Shown: positions 23,532 through 31,438 of the stretch, one piece after another | How the letters are laid out: each line of letters opens with the position of its first letter | Position numbering within the stretch: the first letter of the stretch is position 1 | Source: Stenotrophomonas riyadhensis | Lineage (GTDB): Bacteria > Pseudomonadota > Gammaproteobacteria > Xanthomonadales > Xanthomonadaceae | Strand: one strand, 5' to 3' | Assembly (NCBI RefSeq): GCF_025697965.1 | Contig: NZ_JAHWBK010000003.1 | DNA length: 32,000 nt | Notes under the pieces: generated by a model | Seen by the model: the letters and a program-made list of their open reading frames with translations, nothing else | What the model was told of the DNA's origin: nothing | The model's database searches: none | Made by a program: the position numbers and the translations under genes

Positions 23532-23620
23532 TGGACATCCCTAATCCCCTGCCCTGACGATGTCCGGATTCAGGCAGTAGTGGGTATTCGTGAACGTCAT
23601 GAGTTGAGTCCAAAGTGGAT

Positions 23621-23918
23621 TCAGATCGAGAGATCGCCCAAGTTCGACCAGTAAGCCTCCCCCTCGTGCGAGACGGCCTTGCTGTGCCAGTGCTTGTCGT
23701 CCCTTAAGGCTTCGTAGTGCCTGGACGCCAATAGGCAACCTGAAAAGAGCTTTCTGCTGCGCTTGCGCCAGGGACTCGCCGCTGGCTCCGCCGACGGATG
23801 TGGGGTTGGCAAGTAGTACTCCGTCATCCTCCCAGTCGCAGATCGGACATATGGCAAATGATCCGTAGAAGCCTTCCAGAGTCAGGAAGCCACACGATGG
23901 ACAAGGCAGATCGATCAT
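23621..23918 (-). pseudogene. CPCC-family gene inactivated by a 59-bp deletion
   Basis: Identical to 15467-15823 apart from K15E, except that 15570-15628 is absent. The N-terminal part (23541-23918 ORF) and the C-terminal part (...RHYEALRDDKHWHSKAVSHEGEAYWSNLGDLSI in the 23621-23857 ORF) are in different frames. Confidence 0.8.
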
Positions 23919-24082
23919 TGAGGCCCAAGAACATTAGGTGGGTGAATCACTCGGCCAGCAGGTGTCGTGTAAGGCTGAATATGCAGTAGCTCGCGGGCTC
24001 GGCTCAAGCGCATTAAATGGGCGTCAGTGGTGAAGCGCTGTCCCACCTGGCGCAACAGCGCCTCGCGCTGCGTGAAGGTCAT
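23915..24082 (-). CDS. small protein, 55 aa (second copy)
   Basis: Translation identical to 15820-15987. Confidence 0.4.
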   Translation of the reverse strand: MTFTQREALLRQVGQRFTTDAHLMRLSRARELLHIQPYTTPAGRVIHPPNVLGPQ

Positions 24083-24117
24083 GGGGCGGCCTTTGATTGC
24101 GCGATGAATCAAGTTCT

Positions 24118-24531
24118 CTACTTCAGATCTTTCGAGTAGTCATCAAGCAGCTTCTCCGCAACCCGCGCCACTCCCTCATCAATTACGTTATCCGTCAGGA
24201 AGTCAGACAATACGCGAAAATCCGCCTTATTCCTGACTCGTCCACGCTTCAGAATTGCACGAGCCTTGGCCGAGGCCCTGTCCATAAAGAATTCAAAGCT
24301 GAACCCATAAGTAGAGATGAGATACTCCCTTGCAATACGCCTCGCATCCTCAGGAAGATCACTCAAATCCTCGGATATATCGCTTGCTAGCTCGTAGAGC
24401 TTGGGGCTGCGAGAAAAGTGCGCAACCAATTTCCGCCTCAATTCGACAAGGTGCGGGGTATCGTCAGGAGAAGACAACATTGTGATCCCATCCTGGCACC
24501 ATTTCTCTAGGATTTCCAGGTTCATTTCCAT
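24118..24531 (-). CDS. orphan immunity protein, 137 aa
   Basis: MEMNLEILEKWCQDGITMLSSPDDTPHLVELRRK... Intact ORF. It is divergent from 16023-16433 mainly in the N-terminal two-thirds, and the last ~30 aa are identical. Confidence 0.7.
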   Translation of the reverse strand: MEMNLEILEKWCQDGITMLSSPDDTPHLVELRRKLVAHFSRSPKLYELASDISEDLSDLPEDARRIAREYLISTYGFSFEFFMDRASAKARAILKRGRVRNKADFRVLSDFLTDNVIDEGVARVAEKLLDDYSKDLK

Positions 24532-24730
24532 TCGCCGAAATTTGTCAACTGGTAGCCGGTGTACGAGTTTATCTCACCAAACATCGAACTGGATGCCTCA
24601 TGATAGAGCAGCCCGGAAGGATTGCCTTTCGCCACACCTCGAATCAGGTTTCCAACCTTCTCGCTACCAATCCCGCCCTTGTAATCGATCATTTGCTGCT
24701 CACGACCCCAAATAGCCACTGGCGCCTTGC
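24522..24730 (-). pseudogene. orphan RHS toxin-tip fragment (last ~65 codons only)
   Basis: ...VAIWGREQQMIDYKGGIGSEKVGNLIRGVAKGNPSGLLYHEASSSMFGEINSYTGYQLTNFGEWK aligns with the end of the 1303-aa protein. No RHS core lies upstream, and homology stops at ~24730 where phage-derived sequence begins. Confidence 0.75.
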
Positions 24731-24754
24731 TGGGGATTACAGACGGTGCAATCG

Positions 24755-24899
24755 GGCACTACCGAATGGGTCAGCGCGTGCCGCAAGCGCGGGTATTCGC
24801 CGAGAGCGACGCCTGGACGCGCATGATCTCGGCCCCGACGCCGAGGCGTCCATTGTGGTCTAGATGAGTCGTGGACAGAGATCGTGTCAGCGCGTGTAA
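24755..24899 (+). pseudogene. DUF3653/XafT-like 3' remnant, copy D
   Basis: ...ALPNGSARAASAGIRRERRLDAHDLGPDAEASIVV*MSRGQRSCQRV* aligns with the C-termini of copies A-C (IRRERRL...GPDSDAEPSNVV...RQRV*). It has an internal stop and the 5' two-thirds are missing. Confidence 0.6.
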
Positions 24900-24933
24900 G
24901 GCGCGACTGTACGGGCGACTGCCCTACACCCCA
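24900..24933 (+). repeat. degenerate copy of the post-XafT hairpin
   Basis: ggcgcgactGTACGGGCgactGCCCTACaccccag. Same position and flanks as copies A-C, but the stem is broken. Confidence 0.55.
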
Positions 24934-24968
24934 GTACAATGCAATCTGGACGTGATTGGGGGGGGCGT

Positions 24969-25433
24969 ATGGAGCGCGAACGGCCTGAGTACCTTCCGCC
25001 GATTGAGCGGAAGCGTTGGAATTTCCCATGGCTGATCACCGGATTTTTGACTCTGGTGAGTCTTACAACCATCGGCGTACTTACGCTCGGCCGCACCAAC
25101 AGTGCCTGGAGTGAGCGTTTTGAAGGTGTGCGGCGATCCATCGAGTCCGCTGAGCAGCCGTCTGCTGTGAGGACTGAGCCGCCAACGGCTGTCAGATCGG
25201 CGTCAGCGGCTCCTCCTGAGCGTCAGCAGGTGCGGCCGACACAGAAGGCGCAGGATCTGCGCTGTATCAATGGAATGTTCTTCCGTCGAATTGAAGGTGG
25301 CTGGGAGAACCTGCCGGGCTCTCGATGTGGCGACATCCCTAAGGGCGCTGTCCAGTGCTTCGCCGGAAAGCCCTACAGGCAGATGGCTGCAGATGGTGGC
25401 TGGATTCTTTCACCGCGAGATCGTTGCCCGTGA
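24969..25433 (+). CDS. membrane-anchored Cys-containing protein, 154 aa (homolog of 4721-5098)
   Basis: MERERPEYLPPIERKRWNFPW, a TM helix, a linker, then LRCINGMFFRRIEGGWENLPGSRC plus an extra Cys-containing tail. Same position after a XafT-like gene and hairpin as in prophage 1. Confidence 0.6.
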   Translation: MERERPEYLPPIERKRWNFPWLITGFLTLVSLTTIGVLTLGRTNSAWSERFEGVRRSIESAEQPSAVRTEPPTAVRSASAAPPERQQVRPTQKAQDLRCINGMFFRRIEGGWENLPGSRCGDIPKGAVQCFAGKPYRQMAADGGWILSPRDRCP

Positions 25434-25909
25434 TGCGTCACGTTAATAAGGGGCAGGTCATCGTTCGCGAGTTTGTCGAGGCCGATCGAGAGGCCCTTCG
25501 CAAGCTGTTCGTCGCATCCCGCGATGCCGCCTTCTCGTGGGCTGCCGTTGGTGCCCACAAGCTTGAAGACTTTGATGTGAGCACTGCAGGCGAGCGGATT
25601 CTGGTGGCAGAGCATTCGTGCACCCCCATCGGCTTTGCGTCCGTATGGCAGGACGACAGCTTCTTGCATAACCTATTTGTTCATCCGCACTATCAGCGAT
25701 GTGGCGTGGGAGGAATGCTGCTGGCGGGCTGCGACAGGTACTTTTCCGCCGCACCAACGCTGAAATGCCTGAAAGCCAATGATCCTGCCAAGCGGTTTTA
25801 TCAGTCTCAGGGATGGCGCGTGTGTAGTGAGGCCGATGGTCCGGAGGGGTCGTATGTCCTTATGGTGAGGGCCAGGCCCAACGATTCATTGAGGGCGAAG
25901 CCAGGATGA
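25433..25909 (+). CDS. GNAT-family N-acetyltransferase, 158 aa
   Basis: The ATG overlaps the upstream TGA (TGATG). IVREFVEADREALRKLF..., LFVHPHYQRCGVGGMLL (motif A-like Q/RxxGxG) and FYQSQGW are typical GNAT features. Confidence 0.75.
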   Translation: MRHVNKGQVIVREFVEADREALRKLFVASRDAAFSWAAVGAHKLEDFDVSTAGERILVAEHSCTPIGFASVWQDDSFLHNLFVHPHYQRCGVGGMLLAGCDRYFSAAPTLKCLKANDPAKRFYQSQGWRVCSEADGPEGSYVLMVRARPNDSLRAKPG

Positions 25910-26039
25910 CTGTTTCGTCGCCGCTGGCGCACTAATGCGGAAGGTCGTTCCCTCGTCCCTGCCCTGCCCCGAACCACTGCAATTGTGGGCCTCCTGGCGA
26001 AGCGCGTCGGCTGAGTCATTCAGTTCTGCACTTGCTCAG

Positions 26040-26465
26040 TCATTCCGGTGAGTAGAGAGGGCCATCCCAGCCGTCGAGGTACTTGGGCAGATCATCCACA
26101 ACATCCACCACCCGCTGGCGGTAGAACAGGTGCATGGTGGGAGCCCAGCTGGAATAAGAGCCCTCACCGCTGATGCGGTGGAGCATGGCATTGGGAACTA
26201 CATGCATGCCGAGCCGATTGGTGCCGAACACAACCTCGCCGCAAACGGCACAGAAGGTCTTCTTCAGTTGCTTTTCGGGATGGCTGAAGCTCCTCACGTC
26301 AGAGGCCTTCATCTGAACAGAGGCGGGCTCCCATGCCGTTGCAGAGAACATGGGTACTCCGTAGAAATCCCTGCAGGATGCGCAGTGGCAGTTGGCGCGC
26401 GCTACCGGCTGTCCTTGCAACTCAATGGCAACTTTCCCGCACAGGCACGCTACTCGAATCGACAT
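26040..26465 (-). CDS. GFA-family (CENP-V/glutathione-dependent formaldehyde-activating-like) protein, 141 aa
   Basis: Cys pattern C-x-C...C-x-C-x2-C...C-x2-C (VACLCGKV..ANCHCASCRDF..FCAVCGEVVF), characteristic of GFA zinc sites. Confidence 0.7.
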   Translation of the reverse strand: MSIRVACLCGKVAIELQGQPVARANCHCASCRDFYGVPMFSATAWEPASVQMKASDVRSFSHPEKQLKKTFCAVCGEVVFGTNRLGMHVVPNAMLHRISGEGSYSSWAPTMHLFYRQRVVDVVDDLPKYLDGWDGPLYSPE

Positions 26466-26558
26466 GGTGGGCCAGCAAGGCGTGGACGATTCCGGATTGT
26501 ACTGTTCCTACAGCCTGAAGAACGGCGGGAAATGTTCGTGATGAGCCTCGCGCGCCGA

Positions 26559-27266
26559 TTACCGCAACTTCAGAAAGACTATCGCCCCCAGGATCAGCGC
26601 GAAAGCAATGCTGCCCCAGCAGCGGAAAGCGCCCCGAGCGGAAGCCTGTTGCACTTCCTTGTCGTGGTTTGCGAACTGCCTGCGGTTTCCGCTCAGTTGC
26701 AGCTCCAGAAGTTCGATGCGCGAATAGGCCTTCGCGAGTGCGGTGCCGATGTCCATGGCCTTGACCCCGCGAACCTCGTCCAGCGCGTGGAGGTCAGATG
26801 TGGGCTGCACTTGGGATCGCCCATCTATCCCCGGGACAGTCCAGTCGATCTGGCTGCCGAACTGTTCATAGAATCGGCTGCGTCGTGCCTGGTTCTGTTC
26901 GTGGGCATCGGCAGGAGCGAGCCAGAAGGAATGGATACGCCCCGCCGGTTGCCGCTGCAGCCAAAGCATGACCTGATTCTGGCACCAGGTGCCGATGTGC
27001 AGACCTCTCAGCTCGCGGAGGTACATGTCGCCATCGGTGATGCTGTAATGCGGGCCCGTACCATCGACATAGTCCAGCTTGCCGCCGAAGCTGCCGATGA
27101 AGTGCCACCCATCATGCCGGTTCTGGGCAAAGACTTTCAGCTTGATGGCGGGGCGATCCCCCACGGTGTACTCCAGTCGGATCAGGGCCTGTCGGGGGCG
27201 TCGGTATTCATCGGCTTCGAGTTCGAGGACATGCAGTGATGGATTGATCGGCGGTGATGTTGGCAT
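26559..27266 (-). CDS. hypothetical tail-anchored protein, 235 aa
   Basis: Internal ATG at 27266 (MPTSPPINPSLHVLELEADEY...). Globular N-terminal domain, a predicted coiled segment (RIELLELQLSGNRRQFANHDKEVQQ) and a C-terminal TM (WGSIAFALILGAIVFLKLR). The 75 upstream codons look non-coding (Arg/Gly/Ser-rich). Confidence 0.55.
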   Translation of the reverse strand: MPTSPPINPSLHVLELEADEYRRPRQALIRLEYTVGDRPAIKLKVFAQNRHDGWHFIGSFGGKLDYVDGTGPHYSITDGDMYLRELRGLHIGTWCQNQVMLWLQRQPAGRIHSFWLAPADAHEQNQARRSRFYEQFGSQIDWTVPGIDGRSQVQPTSDLHALDEVRGVKAMDIGTALAKAYSRIELLELQLSGNRRQFANHDKEVQQASARGAFRCWGSIAFALILGAIVFLKLR

Positions 27267-27489
27267 TCGGATGCCCAGTTCGATGGATGGACTCAGGCGC
27301 CGGAATCCTCTCCTGCGCCACTCAGTTCTGCGGCCCGTCGGCTGGCCGCATGACGTTCTTGCCTTCGACGCGGCGGCTGTCGGAGCGGAGGTATACAACG
27401 CACGCGTCACCTCAGATCCAGCGTCACCCCATTGGCGCTCCACCCCTCGCCCACTATAGTGCCAACCCCACAAGGACGAGGCGGCACAC

Positions 27490-28245
27490 ATGCCCTATAT
27501 CGGAATCGGACTCCACGTGCTGGCAGCCATCTACTTCGCGGTGCACGCCATCCGCTCGGGCCAGAGCCTCTACTGGCTCATCCTGCTCTTTTCGTTCCCG
27601 CTGCTCGGCAGCGTCGTCTACTTCCTGGCGATCTACTTCCCGGAAGTCCGTCACTCGCGCGGCGCCCGGCAGGTCGTCCGCTCCGCCAAGCAGCTCATGG
27701 ACCCGGGTCAGGACCTGCGCAACGCACGTACTGATCTGTCGCGAACGCCCACCGTGCAGAATCGGGTTCGTCTTGGCATGACGCTGCTGGATGCAGGCCA
27801 AGCGGAGGAAGCCATGACCCTGCTTGAGCAGGCGGCCAGCTCGCCACTGGGGGACGACCCTTACATCCTTACCGGTCTGGCGCGTGCCCGCCTCGAGTAC
27901 GGGCACGCCTCGCTTGCAGTCGAGACGTTGGACGGCCTGTTTGCCCGCCATCCGGACGTGCGCCGCAAGCCGGAACAGACCCTGCTTTACGCGCAGGCAC
28001 TGGCTGCTGCCCAGGCGCCAGGCACCCGCGCCGCGTTCGAGCGTGCTGTGGAGTGTGGAAACGATGCGGCCGCCCGCTGCCTCTACGCCGAGTGGCTGAT
28101 GGCGCAGCCGCAGCCCGCCGACCGTGAGCAGGCCCGTAGCCTGTTCGCCAGCATCATCGACGATGCCCAGCATTGGTCGCGCCATGCGCGCAGTCACAAT
28201 GCCGCCTGGCTGGAGCGGACCAAGGCCGCGTTGAAGGGCTACTGA
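27490..28245 (+). CDS. PLDc_N-domain membrane protein with TPR-like C-terminal domain, 251 aa
   Basis: The N-terminus (GLHVLAAIYFAVHAIRSGQSLYWLILLFSFPLLGSVVYFLAIYFPE) matches the cardiolipin-synthase-N-terminal-type two-TM domain. The remainder is Ala/Leu-rich helical repeats. Confidence 0.75.
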   Translation: MPYIGIGLHVLAAIYFAVHAIRSGQSLYWLILLFSFPLLGSVVYFLAIYFPEVRHSRGARQVVRSAKQLMDPGQDLRNARTDLSRTPTVQNRVRLGMTLLDAGQAEEAMTLLEQAASSPLGDDPYILTGLARARLEYGHASLAVETLDGLFARHPDVRRKPEQTLLYAQALAAAQAPGTRAAFERAVECGNDAAARCLYAEWLMAQPQPADREQARSLFASIIDDAQHWSRHARSHNAAWLERTKAALKGY

Positions 28246-28439
28246 CGCCTGGCGGCCTTTGGCAATCCTGTCGCATCCGCCTCGCTCATGGCCCCTGCGT
28301 GCGGATGCCGACAGTCCGCAGGCCCGTACCACCGACATCGCCGATAGCATTGCAGCGCAAGGCTCCAGCCGCGTTGCGCCATATACAACGATTCTGAAAC
28401 TGTTGAATGTAGTGACGGCATCGGCCCTACTGCATTGGC

Positions 28440-28680
28440 ATCGCGCACAACCGGGCGTATTTCTTGCCGTGCCACCTTGAACAGGTGGCCGGGCTTCGAA
28501 ACCCCGGTTGTGCAATCGTAAAAAGCGCTTGCCAGTCGGCACCACCACCGCGTGGTGCCGACTGGCAATCCGTCAGCCGGCTATGGCGGGCGGTGCGTGG
28601 GGGCCTTGCGCCCGCCGGTCTGATTGCACACCGGGTTTCGAACCTCGCACCGTCCGCCACCTTTATCGGTGGCGGCTTCT
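28440..28680. repeat. cluster of nested REP-like palindromes
   Basis: Perfect 16-bp stem TTGCCAGTCGGCACCA(ccaccgcg)TGGTGCCGACTGGCAA at 28529-28568. An 8-bp stem GGCGGGCG...CGCCCGCC at 28585-28616. These are flanked by an imperfect ~50-bp inverted repeat (28471-28518 versus 28622-28673) containing GCCACCT..AGGTGGC hairpins and ccggg(g)tttcgaa motifs. Confidence 0.7.
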
Positions 28681-28703
28681 GCCTGCACGCAAGGAGCCCA
28701 GCC

Positions 28704-29060
28704 ATGACCCAGACCCACTCCCCTGCCCCGCACCCGATCCAAGACGCGCCCGCCAACGGCCCCGCGTTGGATCCGAACACGCTTATCGCCCTGCTGCACA
28801 GCATCGGCTCCGGCGCCGCCTCCGACGGCCAGCCTTGGCCTGAGCGTCATCAGATGCCGGGCAGACGCATCGCCCTGGCGGACACCGATTGCTCGCTAGC
28901 CGGCCTTCGTGTGGTGCTGGAGATCCTGCTGGCCGCACAGCGCGCCCGCGAGAACGGCGAACTGGAACAGTACGTCGGCCCGCGCGTCATGGAGGGGCTG
29001 ATCATGGCCGGGCTGGGACTCACGGCGCATGCCATCGATCGGGTACGCCCGGAGGGCTGA
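28704..29060 (+). CDS. hypothetical protein, 118 aa
   Basis: AAGGAG lies 7 nt before the ATG at 28704. The upstream part of the 198-aa ORF would read through the palindrome cluster, so the shorter start is preferred. Confidence 0.5.
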   Translation: MTQTHSPAPHPIQDAPANGPALDPNTLIALLHSIGSGAASDGQPWPERHQMPGRRIALADTDCSLAGLRVVLEILLAAQRARENGELEQYVGPRVMEGLIMAGLGLTAHAIDRVRPEG

Positions 29061-29531
29061 GTGGCTTGCTGCCGCTGTGCGGCCACGGTGCTGTGCCTCG
29101 CGGCAGTGATCGGGGCACAGCTTTGGTGGTCGGCGCCACCCGTGCCTGAGCAGCTCGCGTTCCAGAGCATCACCGACAATCGCTTTTCACAGCTGCGCCG
29201 CCAGGCGACGCAGTTCGTGGGGTCTCGGCCACGACAGGGCTTCCAGTTCGTGGAACGGCATCGGGATGCCGAGTTCCAGGTTCATTGCCGAGGCGTACCG
29301 GTGCTGTGGCTGGAGCGGCGCTCGCAACATCTGCTGTTGCGGGTCTCGCTGGACGCGGAGCAACGGGCGCCCGCAGTTCTGCAGCTGCGGGCAATCCTCC
29401 AATGGCAGTTGGAGCCATTGGATTATCTGGAACAGGTGCTGGCTGGTGTGCCGGAGCCTGTTCTGATGGATCGGGTGCTGCAGGTTCTCGCAGGCGATGT
29501 GCCTGATAGGGCGCGATGTGGTGTGCCGTAG
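29061..29531 (+). CDS. hypothetical protein, 156 aa (weak call)
   Basis: GTG immediately after the upstream TGA. N-terminal hydrophobic segment. High GC3, but the exact antisense register is also open for ~110 codons with similar GC3. Confidence 0.3.
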   Translation: MACCRCAATVLCLAAVIGAQLWWSAPPVPEQLAFQSITDNRFSQLRRQATQFVGSRPRQGFQFVERHRDAEFQVHCRGVPVLWLERRSQHLLLRVSLDAEQRAPAVLQLRAILQWQLEPLDYLEQVLAGVPEPVLMDRVLQVLAGDVPDRARCGVP

Positions 29532-29553
29532 TCGAGCATGGCTCGACGCTACA
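29529..29553. repeat. GTAG...CTAC REP-like palindrome between convergent genes
   Basis: GTAGTCGAGCatgGCTCGACGCTAC. A 7-bp core stem with GTAG/CTAC ends, resembling the SMAG-type REPs described for Stenotrophomonas. Confidence 0.6.
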
Positions 29554-30280
29554 GAGGCGCGGGCTGCGGCGGCTCGGGTTCGTGAATGGAGCCTTCCAGC
29601 AAGGCCACGTAAGTGTCCAGGCGGGTGCGCAGCCCGATCAACAACCAGCCCGCAAGGTAGAGCAGCACCAGCGCGTAGATGAGGAAGGCTCCAAGCATGC
29701 CGACATCAAAGGCGCTGGCCCAGTCACCCCATTTCCATCCACGGAACTGCAGGTAGAGCGCAATCAGCAGCGGAAATGGTCCAAGGCGCTGCAGCCCGCC
29801 GTACATCAGGCCCATGCGTTCGATCATGCTTGCGCGCAGGTGGCTTACGTACTTCAGTCGACGCTCACGCTCGACCCTGGGAAATCCTCGAAGGTCAGCA
29901 ATCACAGCTTGCCACTGGGCAAACTCGCCATCCATTTCCTGAGCATGCGACAGTCGTGGCTGGACGAATTGACGGATTCCGCGGCGCGCTGCGAGAAAGC
30001 CGCCTATGACGAAGCCTCCGATCTCCACCGCCAGGCATACCCTGACCAGAAGTAGCGCGGCCGTAAGCGGAAGCCATCGATCAGGAAGCTGGCTACCCAG
30101 AATGCCGATAGCGGCCGCCAGCGCGCCCACGCGGAATGACCATCTCTCAACGCTGCCCGCCTTGGGGTAGATGCTGTGCTCAACCAGCCCCTGCACCCGC
30201 AGGTAAAGCCAGTGGAAGGTCAATTCCTGCGAATCGGTCTTTGCCGGCGAATCGAGTTCGCCCCCTGTCTGCATGTCCAT
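29549..30280 (-). CDS. polytopic inner-membrane protein, 243 aa
   Basis: Four or more hydrophobic helices (VGALAAAIGILGSQL, LTAALLLVRVCLAVEIGGFVIGGFLAA, LGPFPLLIALYLQF, GAFLIYALVLLYLAGWLLIGL). I recognise no family. Confidence 0.6.
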   Translation of the reverse strand: MDMQTGGELDSPAKTDSQELTFHWLYLRVQGLVEHSIYPKAGSVERWSFRVGALAAAIGILGSQLPDRWLPLTAALLLVRVCLAVEIGGFVIGGFLAARRGIRQFVQPRLSHAQEMDGEFAQWQAVIADLRGFPRVERERRLKYVSHLRASMIERMGLMYGGLQRLGPFPLLIALYLQFRGWKWGDWASAFDVGMLGAFLIYALVLLYLAGWLLIGLRTRLDTYVALLEGSIHEPEPPQPAPL

Positions 30281-30340
30281 TGCGTCCCCTGCCCCGGCTA
30301 CGATGCCGGCCGTGGCATCGTAGCCGACCCACAGCTGCTT

Positions 30341-31438
30341 TCAGAAGTAGAACCCGATGTTGAGGTTAAGCCGCGAATGCCAGCGCGACGGGCCGCCGTT
30401 GTTGATGCCAATGCCATCGCCGCCGGCAAACCACATGTTGCGGCCTGCAATCCAGTCGACATAAGTGAGCATCACGCCCTTCTGCAGGCTGCAACCGGTG
30501 ACGTTCTGCCAGGAGTCGCGCACCCCGCTACTGTGCCCCACCGGGCGCGTCATGCTGAGGTTGTTGTAGCAGGTCAGGTCGTCCAGCCAGCCGCGCGGGC
30601 CAAAGGAATAGGCAACGTTGGCACTGGGCACATCGGCCTCGGCCGCGATTTCAAACGGGGCCTGGAACGCCGACAGCGCGATGCGCTCGCCGGGCACGTT
30701 GTAGCGGTACCGCGCCCATTGCAGCTGCGTGGTCCAGCCATCGCGCTTCCACTGCGCGTGGACGGCCGCGGCCTGATGATCGTGATGGCGGCGGTTGCGG
30801 GTGTTCTGCACCTTGCCTGCGAAGGCCGATGCACCGATCAGCAGCTCGCCGCCTGCCCAGTCGCGCGATTGCTCGACGCGAGCATTGAACCGCTGCCGTT
30901 CGCGATACGGCAACGCGTCGGTCTGTGCCACATCGAAGGAATAGCGGTCGTAGCGCGCCCCGGTTCCGTACTCGTCACCTGAGAACCAGCCGAGGTGCCA
31001 GGTGGTATTGCCGGCCTGGTGAATCACCACAAGGCCTGGATCATAGTCATCCTCGATGCCCAAGTAGTACCCGGAGCCGAACCAGAAACTCTGCGAGACC
31101 GTGGGCAGCAGCCCGAAGGGTACCTGCTGGATGCCAGCCTTCAGCTGCGTGGCATCGGTGAACTGCCAGCCCGCGTAGGCATGATGGATGGCGTTGAAGC
31201 CATCGTACCAACGGTACTGCGCGGAGAAGGAGAAAGGCCCGCTGCCGGCATCGATGTCGGCGCGAAGCAGCTCCAGCTGCAGGCGGCTGGTGGGCTCGTA
31301 ATCGAGCCAACCATAGTTGAATCGAACTGCGCCACCGAGATCGAAGTGGGGCGCTGCATTGCGGTCTTCGCCGACCGCGCGCGCATCAAGTGAGGGTGCG
31401 GCCAGTGCTGCGGCGATGATGATGGGAACTGCCTTCAC
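30341..31438 (-). CDS. outer-membrane beta-barrel (porin-like) protein, ~365 aa
   Basis: The GTG at 31438 follows AGGAGG and gives signal peptide (M)KAVPIIIAAALAAPSLDARA. Alternating aromatic/Gly beta-strand pattern and a C-terminal ...NLNIGFYF ending in Phe. The annotated ATG at 31501 would add 21 non-signal residues. Confidence 0.7.
   Translation of the reverse strand: MKAVPIIIAAALAAPSLDARAVGEDRNAAPHFDLGGAVRFNYGWLDYEPTSRLQLELLRADIDAGSGPFSFSAQYRWYDGFNAIHHAYAGWQFTDATQLKAGIQQVPFGLLPTVSQSFWFGSGYYLGIEDDYDPGLVVIHQAGNTTWHLGWFSGDEYGTGARYDRYSFDVAQTDALPYRERQRFNARVEQSRDWAGGELLIGASAFAGKVQNTRNRRHHDHQAAAVHAQWKRDGWTTQLQWARYRYNVPGERIALSAFQAPFEIAAEADVPSANVAYSFGPRGWLDDLTCYNNLSMTRPVGHSSGVRDSWQNVTGCSLQKGVMLTYVDWIAGRNMWFAGGDGIGINNGGPSRWHSRLNLNIGFYF

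Larger units (their letters stand above)
15060..24730 (-). other. RHS polymorphic-toxin island (boundaries approximate)
   Basis: Everything between the truncated zot and the truncated XafT-like copy D: two YD/RHS genes plus a duplicated tip-immunity-accessory module. Confidence 0.7.
23383..24730. repeat. direct repeat copy 2 (~1.35 kb): orphan tip-immunity-55aa-CPCC module
   Basis: See 15251-16635. Relative to copy 1 it has +24 nt near the left end, -59 nt in CPCC and +3 nt in the immunity gene. Confidence 0.85.

Noticed and set aside
26130-27239. 369-aa + strand ORF
   Set aside because: It runs antisense to two well-supported - strand genes (GFA protein and the 235-aa protein) and across their intergenic gap. 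The product is Arg/Gly/Ala-rich, as is typical of shadow ORFs in high-GC DNA.
27454-28548. 364-aa - strand ORF
   Set aside because: It is antisense to the PLDc_N/TPR gene, whose N-terminal domain is recognisable. It also reads through the REP palindromes. Shadow ORF.
28490-28660. tRNA or tmRNA-like fragment (ggtttcgaa / cttcgaaac motifs) as a possible integration site
   Set aside because: I could not fold an acceptor stem, an anticodon arm or a proper 5-bp T stem around the motifs. They are better explained as arms of an inverted repeat.
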